DNA of 64,000 nucleotides from Moniliella sp. 'wahieum' (taxonomy: Eukaryota): positions 248,001 through 312,000 of the forward strand of contig RSEE01000054.1 of assembly GCA_003971905.1 (NCBI GenBank), given 5' to 3'. Positions 1 through 11,512 of the stretch are shown here, piece by piece (position 1 is the stretch's first letter; every line of letters begins with the position of its first letter). The translations under genes and the position numbers were made by a program. The notes beneath the pieces are model-generated. The model was not told the DNA's origin, did not search any database, and saw only the letters and a list, made by a program, of their open reading frames with translations.

Positions 1-2813
1 AAATCGCATCGGGTTCAGCCGAACGTTGAAACAACGCATCCAAACCACCAACGCCGGCGCCCGGCCCGCGCGTCACCGCCACTCTCACCTCCCGCACCTG
101 AAACACCCTAGCGAGCACTCCCGCTCTTCCGAAGACAGCGAGACCGTCCCTGACCCCAGCCCCCCGAGGCTGAACGGCATCCAACGCAAGAACTGTTTTT
201 GGACGGTGGCTCGATGGCTTGAAACGCTTGCTCTGATCCTTCCCGCATTCTCCCCAGCCTCCTTTCACATGGCTTTCTCCTTCCTGCTTGCTATCTACTA
301 CCCTGACTCTTTATCTGATTGTAAGCCCCTGCGCCTTTTCGCGCCCAACGGACGCTGCACGTTAACCCTGGCCCTGGCCAGCCTCACCCCGGCTGCTATA
401 TATGGTGAGCGAAGCCAGATGTTCTCACTCCCCATTCGTCCTCTCTCATCTTATCATTCCGTACCTACATACCCCATCATCCTGTTCCAAATATACTCAT
501 TTTGGGCAACTACTTTTGAATCTACCTTGGGGGCACGAGATGCAAACCTTTCTGCATGCCGTGCAGACCAGCAGTGTAGACTTCGTTCGTCCCACTCGAG
601 AGCATTGCGCGTTGATCCTCTTCCATCGCATTGCCCCTCACCTCCCTCCCTCTTTCGCCCTATTATTGTCCTATACGCTCAATTCCTCTCGCGCGCCATG
701 CGCCCCTTCCCTCCGTACAGTTCATGGGACCCCCCCCTGAGCCCGATCGCCCTGTTCCCGTGGCTCCTTGCGGGGCGGCCCTCTGCGGCGTCCGATCCAC
801 TCGCTCCCCCATCACTGCCAGCTCTCTGGCGTATACCGGTTATTGAGGCAGAACAGCGGCGCATCCGTTTCTGCCGTGCAGACGGAAGTCGTGGTCATGA
901 ATACCGTAAGCAGTCAGATGCAAACGGTGCCTGAGGCCTCTGATATTGGGCCCATGTCCCTTGTGACAACGTAGGAGGGCAACGCTCTGGAAAGGAATAA
1001 TCGGAACCAGACCGACCTCACATCCCCCACTTAACGTGTGTGTGAGTAGGTAGATATGCTCATCGCTGCAAGTGAAAGGCACAAAGGTGCGGTGTTACTC
1101 GTCCCACACACATTTTGTTAGGCACACAGGGGTGGGCAACGCGGTAAGGAACGGGCTGTTGAACGGTAACATGGTAATCCATTACCTGGTAGCCACCTAT
1201 TGTATCGATTGTACGAAAAGGTATCGATGAGGCAGGGAGGCCTGTGGACTGCCTTGTGGGCTTGCCCCATATGGTTGGTAGAGTGACTCGGAGCGCACTG
1301 AGGCCTCAGCCTGAGGACTGATAAGGTCTGTGGTTACCAAGGCCAGAGAGGTGCTGGGGCCGCTGAGTGTGGCGAGGGCGGTAAAAAACGGCAAGTGGTG
1401 GTGAGAGCGAGTAAGATCAACAGCGCGTGAGAAGAAGAGGGTGGCGGGAAGGAACGTGGAACACGTTTTAAACGCAGAGCACGTTGAGTACTGCATCATA
1501 CTAAGTACCAATGTTCCGTTGTAACCATATGGTCCTGCCAGGCCAAGCACATGTCTGCAGGCATTGTGCCTGTTGGCCTTTCGGCGAATTAAATGTTCTA
1601 TTGAAAACTACTGGTGCTGTAGGATAGCATCGAGACGCCTATGATGGTCTTCTCTTCGGCAAAAATGCGGAGGGATTGGGGCGTCTTGAACATGGAAATC
1701 ATCGAGATTGTCGATCCTGCATCATGCATCATGCAGAACACTGTGAACACGGTCCGCTATGTACTTTGACAGTGGTGTGGCAATAATGGTCCACGTATGG
1801 GGAGGCAGCTGTTGGCCGTTGGTACAGTACGTTTTCATTGCTTTGGGGGGGCGGGGGGGGGGGGCGCTGCAAAATGTATGCGGGGCACAAGCAAAACTAA
1901 ACCAAACAACCGACACTTGGCGTGGCGGTGGCCACGGGACCGAGCCTACACCGAGCACCGCTCAGGGTGCGTTAGCGTTCGGCCGTTTCGGGCCGCGGGG
2001 ACAACGGGAACAGCGGGGACAGCGGGACAGCGGGGCACCGGAGACGGCAAGTGGTCGCCGCAGGCGGTGGCCAGTGTTTGGCTTTTTTGTGGTAGGAAAC
2101 GAGATGAGATTTGAGAGAAGTGAGCTCTGTGGAACCGGAGACGAGGCACCCGCTGCGAAACAGCGCGGAATAGGCGCCACAGCGTGGTAGGGTCTGGTAG
2201 GGTTTTCGGTTATGCAATGCACTATCATTCACTCGTCCTGGCCAGGCGCCTCTACCTGGGTGTCAACACACCGCCGCGCAACGCCGCAATTGCAGAACAC
2301 AACCGCCGATTCGTTTAAGCTTCCAGGCGCTGAACTTAGAAAAGCCTTTAAGCTTTATCGCTTTATCTGCAGGTGCTCTCCAGGTGACATCTCCGCTTTT
2401 CTTCTCTTCCTTCCAACGCGCAACACATGAAGAGGACGCCACGTCGCAGTTGAATGCACCAACATGCATATACACAAAGAGAACCAACAGAGCGTTCTCA
2501 GCAAATGGAGAGAGGGATGCCAACGAGAGGAGAAGGTATGAATTTTGGTGTGAGGCCAATCGGGTAGGAAGGCAGAAGGGGATAATGAATGTAATGCCCG
2601 CAGGGGGTAGAGGAGCGTGACAGAGTACCAATGTGCTCCGGTGTGTGGGGGAGGGTGAAGACCTTTTGGTAACAAACGAGAGAGGGTGGTATGACCCAGC
2701 CAGCAGGAAACCGCGGCCAGGTATGAATATGACAAGTCATAATGACAGTGGGGAGGAATAAGGAGCGAAATTAAGCCACCAAGAGGGAGGGAACGGGGGA
2801 AAGGCAAGTGTGG

Positions 2814-4165
2814 TTAATGGAACCGTGGAATCAAGCTGCGCCTTCGTTCGGACCGATCGGAATCCGTTGGCTCGGCGACCGATTCGGACCGTGGAAGGGT
2901 ATTCTTCCGTTTGCGAAAGAGAGGAAGGTGCAGGGCTTGCAGAAAATTTGACCGCGCGCGGCGAAGCGGGGGAAGGGAGGGAGGGGGTGCGTCCCGTTCC
3001 GGCTGGGCCAAGGGTTGTTCCAGGCGTGGCAGCGCCGGCGGCGTTGGAGACAGGGGAAGCGGCAGCGACACTGGTCTTCCAACCGCATCTTATTGGCCTG
3101 TGCGACGCGATCTAGGATCCCATTCAGATCGAGTTGAAGCGACGCCGTCATGGGCGCATGGACGTGCATCGAGGTACGACGCGACAGCCTCGGGACCGAG
3201 CGAGCGCGAGGCGCACAGTCCCCCTTTCCTGCTGGCTCGTTCCTCTTCCCACGCATTCGCCCTCCTGCTTCACCCTCGTCCTCTTCCTCCTCCGTTTCTC
3301 GAGGCGCAGTAAATAAGAAGGACTGGATGTGGGACGGGGCAGATTTAGGTACGGAGAGGGGTTGAGATGCACGCGCGTGGGTGGGGCGACGAAGAACAAA
3401 TGGTGCGCAGCCTGGCGTTGGACTGGCATGGCGGCTTTCCTCGCGTGACTTTCTCCGCGTCCTCGTCTCTCCGTCTAATTGGATGCGAGGCCGCACATCG
3501 AGGGATGGGCGGTCTGCGGGGGCAGAAGGAGGGGGCGAATCGGCCTGGCTACTCGCTTCTTCCGGCAACGGGCGAAGACACAAGCTCGATTCGCGCCGTA
3601 ACGTTTGCAAAGCGTCTTCGAGCCGTTGCAGGGCCACTTGCGGTGATTTAGATACGGGCGTTAGTGGGGTAGGGAGCTTGTGCGGATCGTCACCGAGCGA
3701 AGCTGGCGATAGGGCTGGATGGCTGGGATCGAGCGGCGGGGTAAGTTGATCCCCTGTTACCGCCGTATCCGCGCTTGCTGTCCCCTCTGTTCCGGCTGTA
3801 CTGGAGTCCCAGGAGGGAAGAGCAAGTGCAGGAAGACCGCTAGGCAAGGGCGGTACGGGGGGCAGAGGCAATGTCGGTGTCGGGCCGGGGTTAGAGGTGC
3901 GTCGGGCCCGAGGAGAAATCGAGGATGCGGAGGAGGGGGGGGGCACGGTGACAGTGACTGTCTCGACGGGGTCGCTTTCGTAGCCGGTGGGGTGGAACGA
4001 GCCAGACACGGATACGGCTACGGCGCGTGCGGCCGACTTGGGTGGCATGCCGAGTTGGATGTGGTGGGCAATGGCTTCCATGTCGCTGATGGCAGCGTCC
4101 CATGAGTCGGCGCTGAGGGCGCTAACGAGGCTGTCCTGTCGCCGTCGTTCTCGCGGAAGCGTCAT
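2814..4165 (-). CDS. Hypothetical Ser/Pro-rich, largely disordered protein
   Basis: ATG-initiated 444-aa ORF (2831-4165) with a short amphipathic helix (ALQRLEDALQTLRRES). It probably continues via indels to ...RRRSLIPRFH* at 2814. No domain recognised. Confidence 0.45.
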
Positions 4166-4909
4166 TGGGGGTGTATGCAGGGGCGCGAAGAGTTGGTGTC
4201 AGAGAGGGAAGAAAAGGAGAAGAGTGGATGGTGGACATGCGCTGCTGGCTTGGGGGGGAAACAGGGCGTAGCCTATCTGCCGCGGGGCGTTGGGCGCGAT
4301 GGTGTAGCCGCAGACTGGGTGCTGGTAGGTGCTGTAGAAACAACACCGCTACGTACCATGCGACGGTGATTTAGCTTTGGGCTTAGCGTATAAGAGGCTT
4401 GAAACGGAAAGCTTAAAGCTTATTAAGTATGCCATCCCATGTCCCAGCCACAACGCTGCCTTGTCCCACCCATCACCCATTACCGGTTACCCATCACCTC
4501 TTCTCCAGGCCGATCACCGAATGCCCACTACTGCCCCGAGCTTGGGTGGTGCCCGGCACTGCACACTGCCCATCTGCCCGGCAGCATCTGCTGAGACTAG
4601 GGAGGTGCGGCATGTGACATGGGGCATGCGACATGTGTCACGTCCGAGGCCGATCTAAGATCTGAGAGATGATCGATGAATATGAATATTCGATCGATGA
4701 ATAAGCTTTGGACTTGGGAGTGTGCCATTCTATTAGCAACCACACTTCTCCATACCAACAGCACCGGCAGCACAATCTCCCTTGCACTTCTCGCATCTCT
4801 ACCGCAATCACTCGCATCACCATCATCCTCACCGCCATCCCCGACGCCAACACCCCCACCACCCACTCCCAGCGCCCAGCCCACGTGTTAGCTGTCCCCT
4901 ACAGTACAA

Positions 4910-4981
4910 GCTAGAGCACGTCCATTTCATTGACAGAGCTTAAGGCTGGGACAGGGGGAACGCTACGTCTAAACCTAATCG
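4910..4981. repeat. Dispersed ~72-bp element, copy 1
   Basis: gctagagcacgtccatttcattgacagagcttaaggctgggacagggggaacgctacgtctaaacctaatcg is near-identical to 54828-54900. Confidence 0.9.
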
Positions 4982-6257
4982 TTCATCTTGCGGGGGTATA
5001 GCGTGCGTTTAAAAGTAACTTATTCCTAGTCTGCGATGAGGTCTTAGTAAGGCTTCGGCCTCAGTGAGGTCAGGCCGGATTATTAGGTGTATCGTCCTCG
5101 GTAGCTTCCCACCCTCCCCCGTGCCAACAACGAATCAGACCATTTCATGTGTATACATACTTTCCTCACCTCCACCACACCCCCACCGCCAGGCTTCAGG
5201 AACTTCAAGTGAAGCTTCAGGCCCTTTTCAGGCCCTAGGGGGCACTCCCGCCGTTCCCTCCTAATTTTCTTACTTTGTTTCCCTTTGGGCTCTTTGCGCT
5301 GTCCCTAGCTTGACGAGGGGCATCCCAGATCGTAACGCGCAATGCCTATATTTTTTTTTCAATTGAGACAGGAAACATTACGTTGGATACGCGGATGTGT
5401 CGTCTCGAACCTTACCCTGCCTAGGTCTGTGCGCTGTGCATAACCGGAGGATAACCGGGAACCGGTGCTCTTCTTGAAGAGCATCATCGGCATCGATCAT
5501 CGAGATCATCTTACCTGCCCACCAACGTGCCTCCTAAACCACCAATCATTCATGAATGTTCCACCCCGCTTCGCTCTGAGGGGAAGCTTATATATGTGTG
5601 CTGGGCGCTAGGCACCAACGGTGCAAACTCGGTTCACGTGGTCCTTGCTACGAATGGGGCCGGATCCACATGGGTTTCCAGCGAGACCCGTGAGCGCGGT
5701 AGGGTTCCAATTTCCAGGCGAGACCCCACCAGTCCCCCACCACCCCCACCATTCACTGGTTTTGCAAACAGAGGCACTCAGTACTCATCGTGCACCTGAC
5801 ACCATAAACCAAACATGAACCAACGACATTCAACGCCATCTCGACCGTTGGCAAGTAGCAACCCTCCCGCTTCCCAGTTGTGCCATCGATCCTATTTCCC
5901 CTTGGAGCTTTGGTTGATCTAGCCTCTTGTCCCTCAGTCCAACAGCAGTCCGATGTACGACGGTGGGCCACAGGGCAACACAGCTGAGCTCAGCGCTTCG
6001 CGCTTACTGTGCCTCCTGGGGGCCCACGGGGGACCCCCCCCGCCACCCACAAGTCACGGTGACTCGTGACGCGGTCACTTCACCGCGTGAGCTCCTCTCC
6101 GCTCCAAGTCCCCCGCCCTCTCTTCTTTTGTGACATGGCATGTGACGCATGTGACTGGCCGACCCAACGGGCCCGGGTCCGGACCCGGGTCGCGAAAGCG
6201 ATACGATTGAGCGGATTGAGTGCACCGGCTGACCGCTCAAGGGTTGTTGGGCTTAAG

Positions 6258-6270
6258 GTTCAAGTTGAAC
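6258..6270. promoter_or_regulatory. Palindrome GTTCAAGTTGAAC (copy 1 of 3), candidate cis-element
   Basis: The exact 13-mer also occurs at 31614 and 59080, and all three copies are intergenic. A regulatory role is inferred. Confidence 0.4.
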
Positions 6271-6630
6271 GTTGAGCCCCGCTGTGAGCCACTCCGGCTC
6301 AGCGGCTGAGCCCGAATCCTGATACTCATTGGCGGGCATGCTTGTTGCTCGCTCAGGCTCAGTACTCAGTGCCATCAAGGCGGGAACGACCAAGTCGATG
6401 AGAGCAAGGTTATGCAGGTTATGCTGTGGGCGGGCCAGCGAGATGCAAGCCATTGGTAGCTAGCTCTAGCTAATAGTTTGGGGGCCGTACGTGTACGAGG
6501 GGCTGAGCCTGTGTCAACCAAGGTCTCATTAGGGTACGTGATAAGGTTGTCGTGCTAGCGCGGCAAGATAGGATCGGCAAAGGTCAGGAGGTAGGGCGAA
6601 GGCGGAGGCAATTTTGGGGGCGGTAATCAG

Positions 6631-6660
6631 GCTTCAAGGTTCAAGGTTCAAGGTTCAAGG
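6631..6660. repeat. Heptamer tandem repeat (TTCAAGG)x4
   Basis: gcttcaaggttcaaggttcaaggttcaagg. Confidence 0.9.
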
Positions 6661-7213
6661 TCGGAAACTAGAGGCAGGGAAGAGGGGAGAAACGAAGAGG
6701 AAAGCAAGGGATCGGACAACGGGGACGTCACAAAAGGTCTGTAAGACTGAATGGGGAGCGTTCCAGACATTCGGCGTCCAAGCCGTCACGACAGAAGACC
6801 TCGTTGTGCAGGATGCATGATGCAGGTGCAGCACAGAGATGGAGTCAAAAAATGGGCAAAGGAAAGAACAAGAGTCACGCGTGCTACAGGTCGTCAACAG
6901 CGGGAATGATGCTCATTAACCAACACTGTGCATCAATTTGGTGGCCAACGGTGGACTGAAGCGAGATAGAGGAAATGATGAGGGGGAAAGGGCGAAGGGG
7001 AGGGAAGAGAAGGGGGGAGAAGAGAAGGGAAGGGGGGAAGGGATGATCGACAACGTGTCAAGCGTATACCGAGAGGGGGGATAGGGGGTTAGGGGTCAAC
7101 GGTCGAAGCATGATGATCAGTGCAGGGCAAGCCAGGGTGACATGTGGGAGCCAGCCCTTGCCTTCCATCTTATTGGGCAGCAGCCTCCATGCTAGGCCCT
7201 AGGCTGGGGGCAG

Positions 7214-8879
7214 TTAGATCAGCATCGAGGGCAAGTCCTCCAGGTAGTTCTTGAGCTTGACGAGGAAGGTGACCGCTTCACGGCCGTCGAGGAGACGGTG
7301 GTCGTACGTCAGGGCGACGACCATGATGGGGCGAATTTCCACCTTGCCATTGACCACCACGGGTTTCTCCTTGATGCCGTGCATGCCCAAGATGGCCGCG
7401 CCGGGCAGGTTGAGGATGGGCGTGCCAAACAGCGACCCAAACACACCCCCGTTCGAGATGGTAAACGTGCCGCCCTGCATGCTCCAGGGTCAACTTGCCG
7501 TCGCGGCCTTGGTGCCCAGAGCAGCGATCGCCGCCTCAATCTCTACCAGCGACATGGACTCAATGTTGCGCACGACCGGGGTGACGAGACCCTTGGGCGT
7601 CGACACGGCAACGGCCAAGTCAACATAATCGTGGTACGCAATCGTATCGCCCAGACCAGGGCCCTCGATCTGCGCGTTGGCAGCCGGGATCTCCTTGAGC
7701 GCCAGCGCCGACGCCTTGGAGAAGGCACTCATGAAGCCAAGCTTGACGCCAGTCGCCTTCAACACGGCGTCCTTGTGGCGTGCACGGAAGGCCATCAGGC
7801 CGCTCATGTCAATCTCATTGAACGTCGTCAAGCTGGCCGCCGTGTTTTGCGACTGCTTCAACCGTTCCGCAATGCGCAGACGCATCCGGTTCATCTTGAC
7901 CCGGTGCACAGCGCGGCTGCCAGCCACGGGCTTCTCCTCCACAGGAGCAGGCGCAGCATCCTTCTTGGGCGCAGAGGCCGCCGGTTTGGAAGGCGCAGCA
8001 GGCGCAGGCGTGGGGGCTGCGGAGGGGGCAGGAGCAGAAGGAGTAGGGGCGCTGGCTGCAGGCGCGGGTGCGGCAGCAGCGGGTGCCCGCCAGCAGGCGC
8101 GTCCGCAGGCTGGATCTTGAACAGCGGGTGTTCCACCTCGACCGTGTCGCCCTCCTTGGCCAGGGTTTCTTGCACAAAGCCACTGACAGGTGCATTGACG
8201 CTCACATCAATCTTGTCCGTCTCGCGGATGCTGGCCACCTCATCGCCCTCCTTGACGTACTACCCCAGGTTGCTTGAGCCACTGCTTCAGCGTGCCTTCC
8301 GTGATGGACTCGGCGAGCGAGGGAACGTTGACAGTCTGCACAGGGCCCGTGGCCTTGCCTCGCTCGCGCCGGAAGGTCCGGGGCAGCAGGAGCAGGCGAA
8401 GCAGCGGGCGGCTCGGCAGCTTGGGGGGCAGGGGGCAGCAGCGCCGCCAGAAGGAGGAGGACCGGGCTCGATGATAGCAATTTCGTGGCCGACTTCAATG
8501 TTGTCATCGGGGTTGGCCAGCGTCTTGGTCAAAATGCCGCTGACGGGCGCATTGATGCTCACATCAATCTTGTCCGTCTCGACACTGGCGATCTCCTCGC
8601 CCTCCTGGACATACTCGCCGGGCTGTTGAGCCACTGTTTGAGCGTGCCCTCGGTGATGGACTCGGCGAGCTCGGGGACCTTGACCGAGTCGAGCGCATAC
8701 GCAGACGAGTGGAGGCCGCGCAGGGCCAGGGGCGTAGCGGCGGGGCGGCGAGCGCACCGCGAGGCGCGGCGGCCAGGCTCAGCGCACGGGCGGCGGGGAG
8801 GGGGGCGGGGCGGGGGAGGATGCGGGGGCGGGCGCAAGGACGCGGGGAGCGGAGGGGCGGAGAGGCGAGGCGCAAGCAT
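7214..8879 (-). CDS. KGD2: Dihydrolipoyllysine succinyltransferase (2-oxoglutarate dehydrogenase E2), mitochondrial, with two lipoyl domains
   Basis: Arg/Pro-rich presequence MLAPRLS..., two lipoyl domains with ETDKIDVS, then [47 protein letters not shown], and catalytic [15 protein letters not shown]. Several indels. Confidence 0.96.
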
Positions 8880-9610
8880 GGCGGCGACGCGGAGGGGAGC
8901 AGCGGTGGTTGGCAGAGCCAGGAGGTGGAGGTGGCTGGCTGCTGCCCAGAAGGTTGCCCAGCGCTGCACAGACCCAGCCAGCCACCGCCCGCCGACGTCA
9001 TCGATCGCTCATCCGCACCGCGCTGGCACCGCGCCGGTCTGTCGGCCGGCACGGCAGCCCTGCACCCCTGGGTGCAGTGGATGCGCACGCTGGTGCTGAC
9101 GGCAGCGCTGCGCTTGCCTCCGCCTGACTAATTGCCCGTGACCACCCGCGACACACTGCCTCTCCGCCGCGCTCCTCCCCATAATCTTCCGCCGCCGCGC
9201 CCCTTGCACCGCTCCCGGGCCCCTCCGACAGCTCTCCGCATTCCGCCCAGCCTGTTCCGCCCGCACGTCTTGCTTACGTTTCCACTGCAGGAGTGGGCGC
9301 ATGCATGCCGGCCCACTCCAGCTCATCCGCACCGACGGGTGGGCGCCGCTGTTGCAATGTTCACGCCATGCGCGGAGAAGTGTGGGTGGCCGTGGAGAAT
9401 TGCTGCTGCGGAGAAGCAACGCCTATGGGCGGACATGGCACACACTGCCCCTGTGCCTGTCGTCGCTTCACGTTTCGCCGCGTAGTCAAGCGGACTTGGC
9501 TGGGCCCACCACACAGTGCCGCCGGCAGCAGCCCCTCCCTCCCTGCCTCTCCACCACCACCAACCACTACCTCCCTCCCCCCTCCCCTGTTGTCTTTGTT
9601 TGTTCCCGCC

Positions 9611-10801
9611 ATGTCCAAGACGTTCACATTGCTGTTCTTCCCGGCGACGGCATCGGGCCCGAAATCGTGGCCGAGGCCAGCCGCATCCTCGAGCTCGTTG
9701 CGTCCAAGAGCGACTTTGACCTCAAGCTCACCTCCTACGACTTTGGCGGCGCCGCCATCGACTCGTCCGGCGACCCTTACCCCACCAAGACGCGCGAGGC
9801 ATGCAAGGTTGCTGACGCCATTCTGCTTGGTACGCCTTTCCCCCCTGTTTTCTCTCCTTTTCCCCCTCCCCCCCTAACAACCCACGTGAAATCCAGGTGC
9901 CGTTGGCGGGCCCAAGTGGGGCGTGGGCAAGGTGCGCCCGAGCAAGGCTTGCTAGCCATCCGCAAGGAACGACCTCTACGCCAACATTCGTCCGGCCTCC
10001 TTCATCTCGGACTCGCTTGTGGAGCACTCGCCGTTGCGCCCGAGATTGTTCGTGGCACGGACGTGTGATTGTGGTGCGGGAGCTGGTCAAGGGCTTGTAC
10101 TTTGGCTCGCGTACCGAGGCGGACCTGTCGAGGCAGCAAGGGGGAAGCGGTGGACCAGATGGTGTACGACCGGGCGGACGTGGAACGGATCACGCGCCTG
10201 GCTGCCTACTTGGCCCTCCAGCACAACCCCCCGCTGCCTATTCACTCGATTGACAAGGCCAATGTGCTGGCCACCAGCCGGCTGTGGCGTAAGGTCGTCA
10301 CAGACACGCTCGAGAAGGAGTTTGGGGACAAGAACATTCCCCTCGACCATCACCTGGTTGACAGTGCGGCGATGCTGATGGTGAGCAACCCGCGCAAGCT
10401 CAATGGCATTCTCCTTACCGAGAACATGTTTGGCGACATTCTCTCGGACGAATCCAGTGTCCTGCCCGGCTCGTTGGGGCTGCTGCCTTCTGGCTCTCTG
10501 TCTGCCCTGCCCGACGGCAAGAACCGGTGCAATGGCATCTACGAGCCCATCCATGGTTCGGCGCCCGACATTGCCGGGAAAGGGATTGCCAACCCCATTG
10601 GGACCATCTTGTCGGCCGCGCTCTTGCTCCGCTGGTCCTCGCCCAGCCGGCCGCAGCAGAGAAGGTGGAGGCGGCGGTGCGCAAGGTGCTGGATGCTCCG
10701 GAGATTGGCGGGGCGGCCTGCGGACACGCGACTTGGGTGGCCAAACGTCGACCAAGGAGATGGGCCAGGCGATCTACGAGGAGTTGGAGAAGCTGCTGTA
10801 A
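9611..10801 (+). CDS. LEU2: 3-isopropylmalate dehydrogenase
   Basis: [62 protein letters not shown]. Intron ~9830-9897 (gtacgc..ctaac..cag). Indels. Confidence 0.97.
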
Positions 10802-11512
10802 GCGCTTGCTGCTTGCCCGGGTGAAAAAATAAGTACATGTATTGCATTTCCAGCGCATCTTCTTTCACATTGGGGACGAGAGCCGGGCAGTTGCGGATGC
10901 ATTAGGCCGTAGGGAGAGAGCAAGTGGAGCTGCTAGCCATCTTGAGGCTGGAGTGCCAGTTGGTGCTGGTGGATGCAACGCTGAACTGAGGGTGAGATAT
11001 TGCAAGAGAGTGGCTCGTGCGAGGCAGGGCACGACAAGAGACAAGGGGGGTCACGTGGGGAGTGGGATACATCGGGGGCATTATTAATTGTCTGGTGGGT
11101 TCCCACGCGCAGACGCTGGAGGCAAGGCGGGCTGGGAGCAGGCGGGGGCCGCGCGAGGCCAGCAGAGAGCAGAGAGCGCGAGGGATGTTTGGCGGAGCAA
11201 GCGGAGCAAGCACGCCGACGTGTCTATTTTGTCTTTTCAGATGCGGGCGACAAGGGCGTGATTGCCTCCACGTCGGCACGAGGCGGGACGGACGGGGGAT
11301 TGAACATTGCAAATTGAATTGTGGTTCCCAGGCAGCCGCTCGTCCTCCTCCTCGCCCAGCCCGCCCGCCCATCTCGCTTCTGTCGCGTGGGGTGGGACGC
11401 TGGTGTTGCTTGCGCCCCCTCTCTCCTCTGGCCCTCTTCTCCCGCCTCGCCCTCCTCCCCGTCTCTCTCCCCACGCCGCGCCCGGCCGCGGCCCCCTACT
11501 CCCCCGCCCCCG

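Noticed and set aside
26..934. 302-aa plus-strand ORF
   Set aside because: It starts at TTG, has no recognisable domain, and its composition resembles pyrimidine-rich UTR or intron sequence.
1997..2040. Short GGGACAGCG-type tandem repeat
   Set aside because: An ordinary degenerate minisatellite with no spacers, so not CRISPR-like.
7298..8629. 443-aa plus-strand ORF and other long antisense ORFs
   Set aside because: These are shadow ORFs opposite GC3-rich genes (here KGD2), as expected at this GC content.
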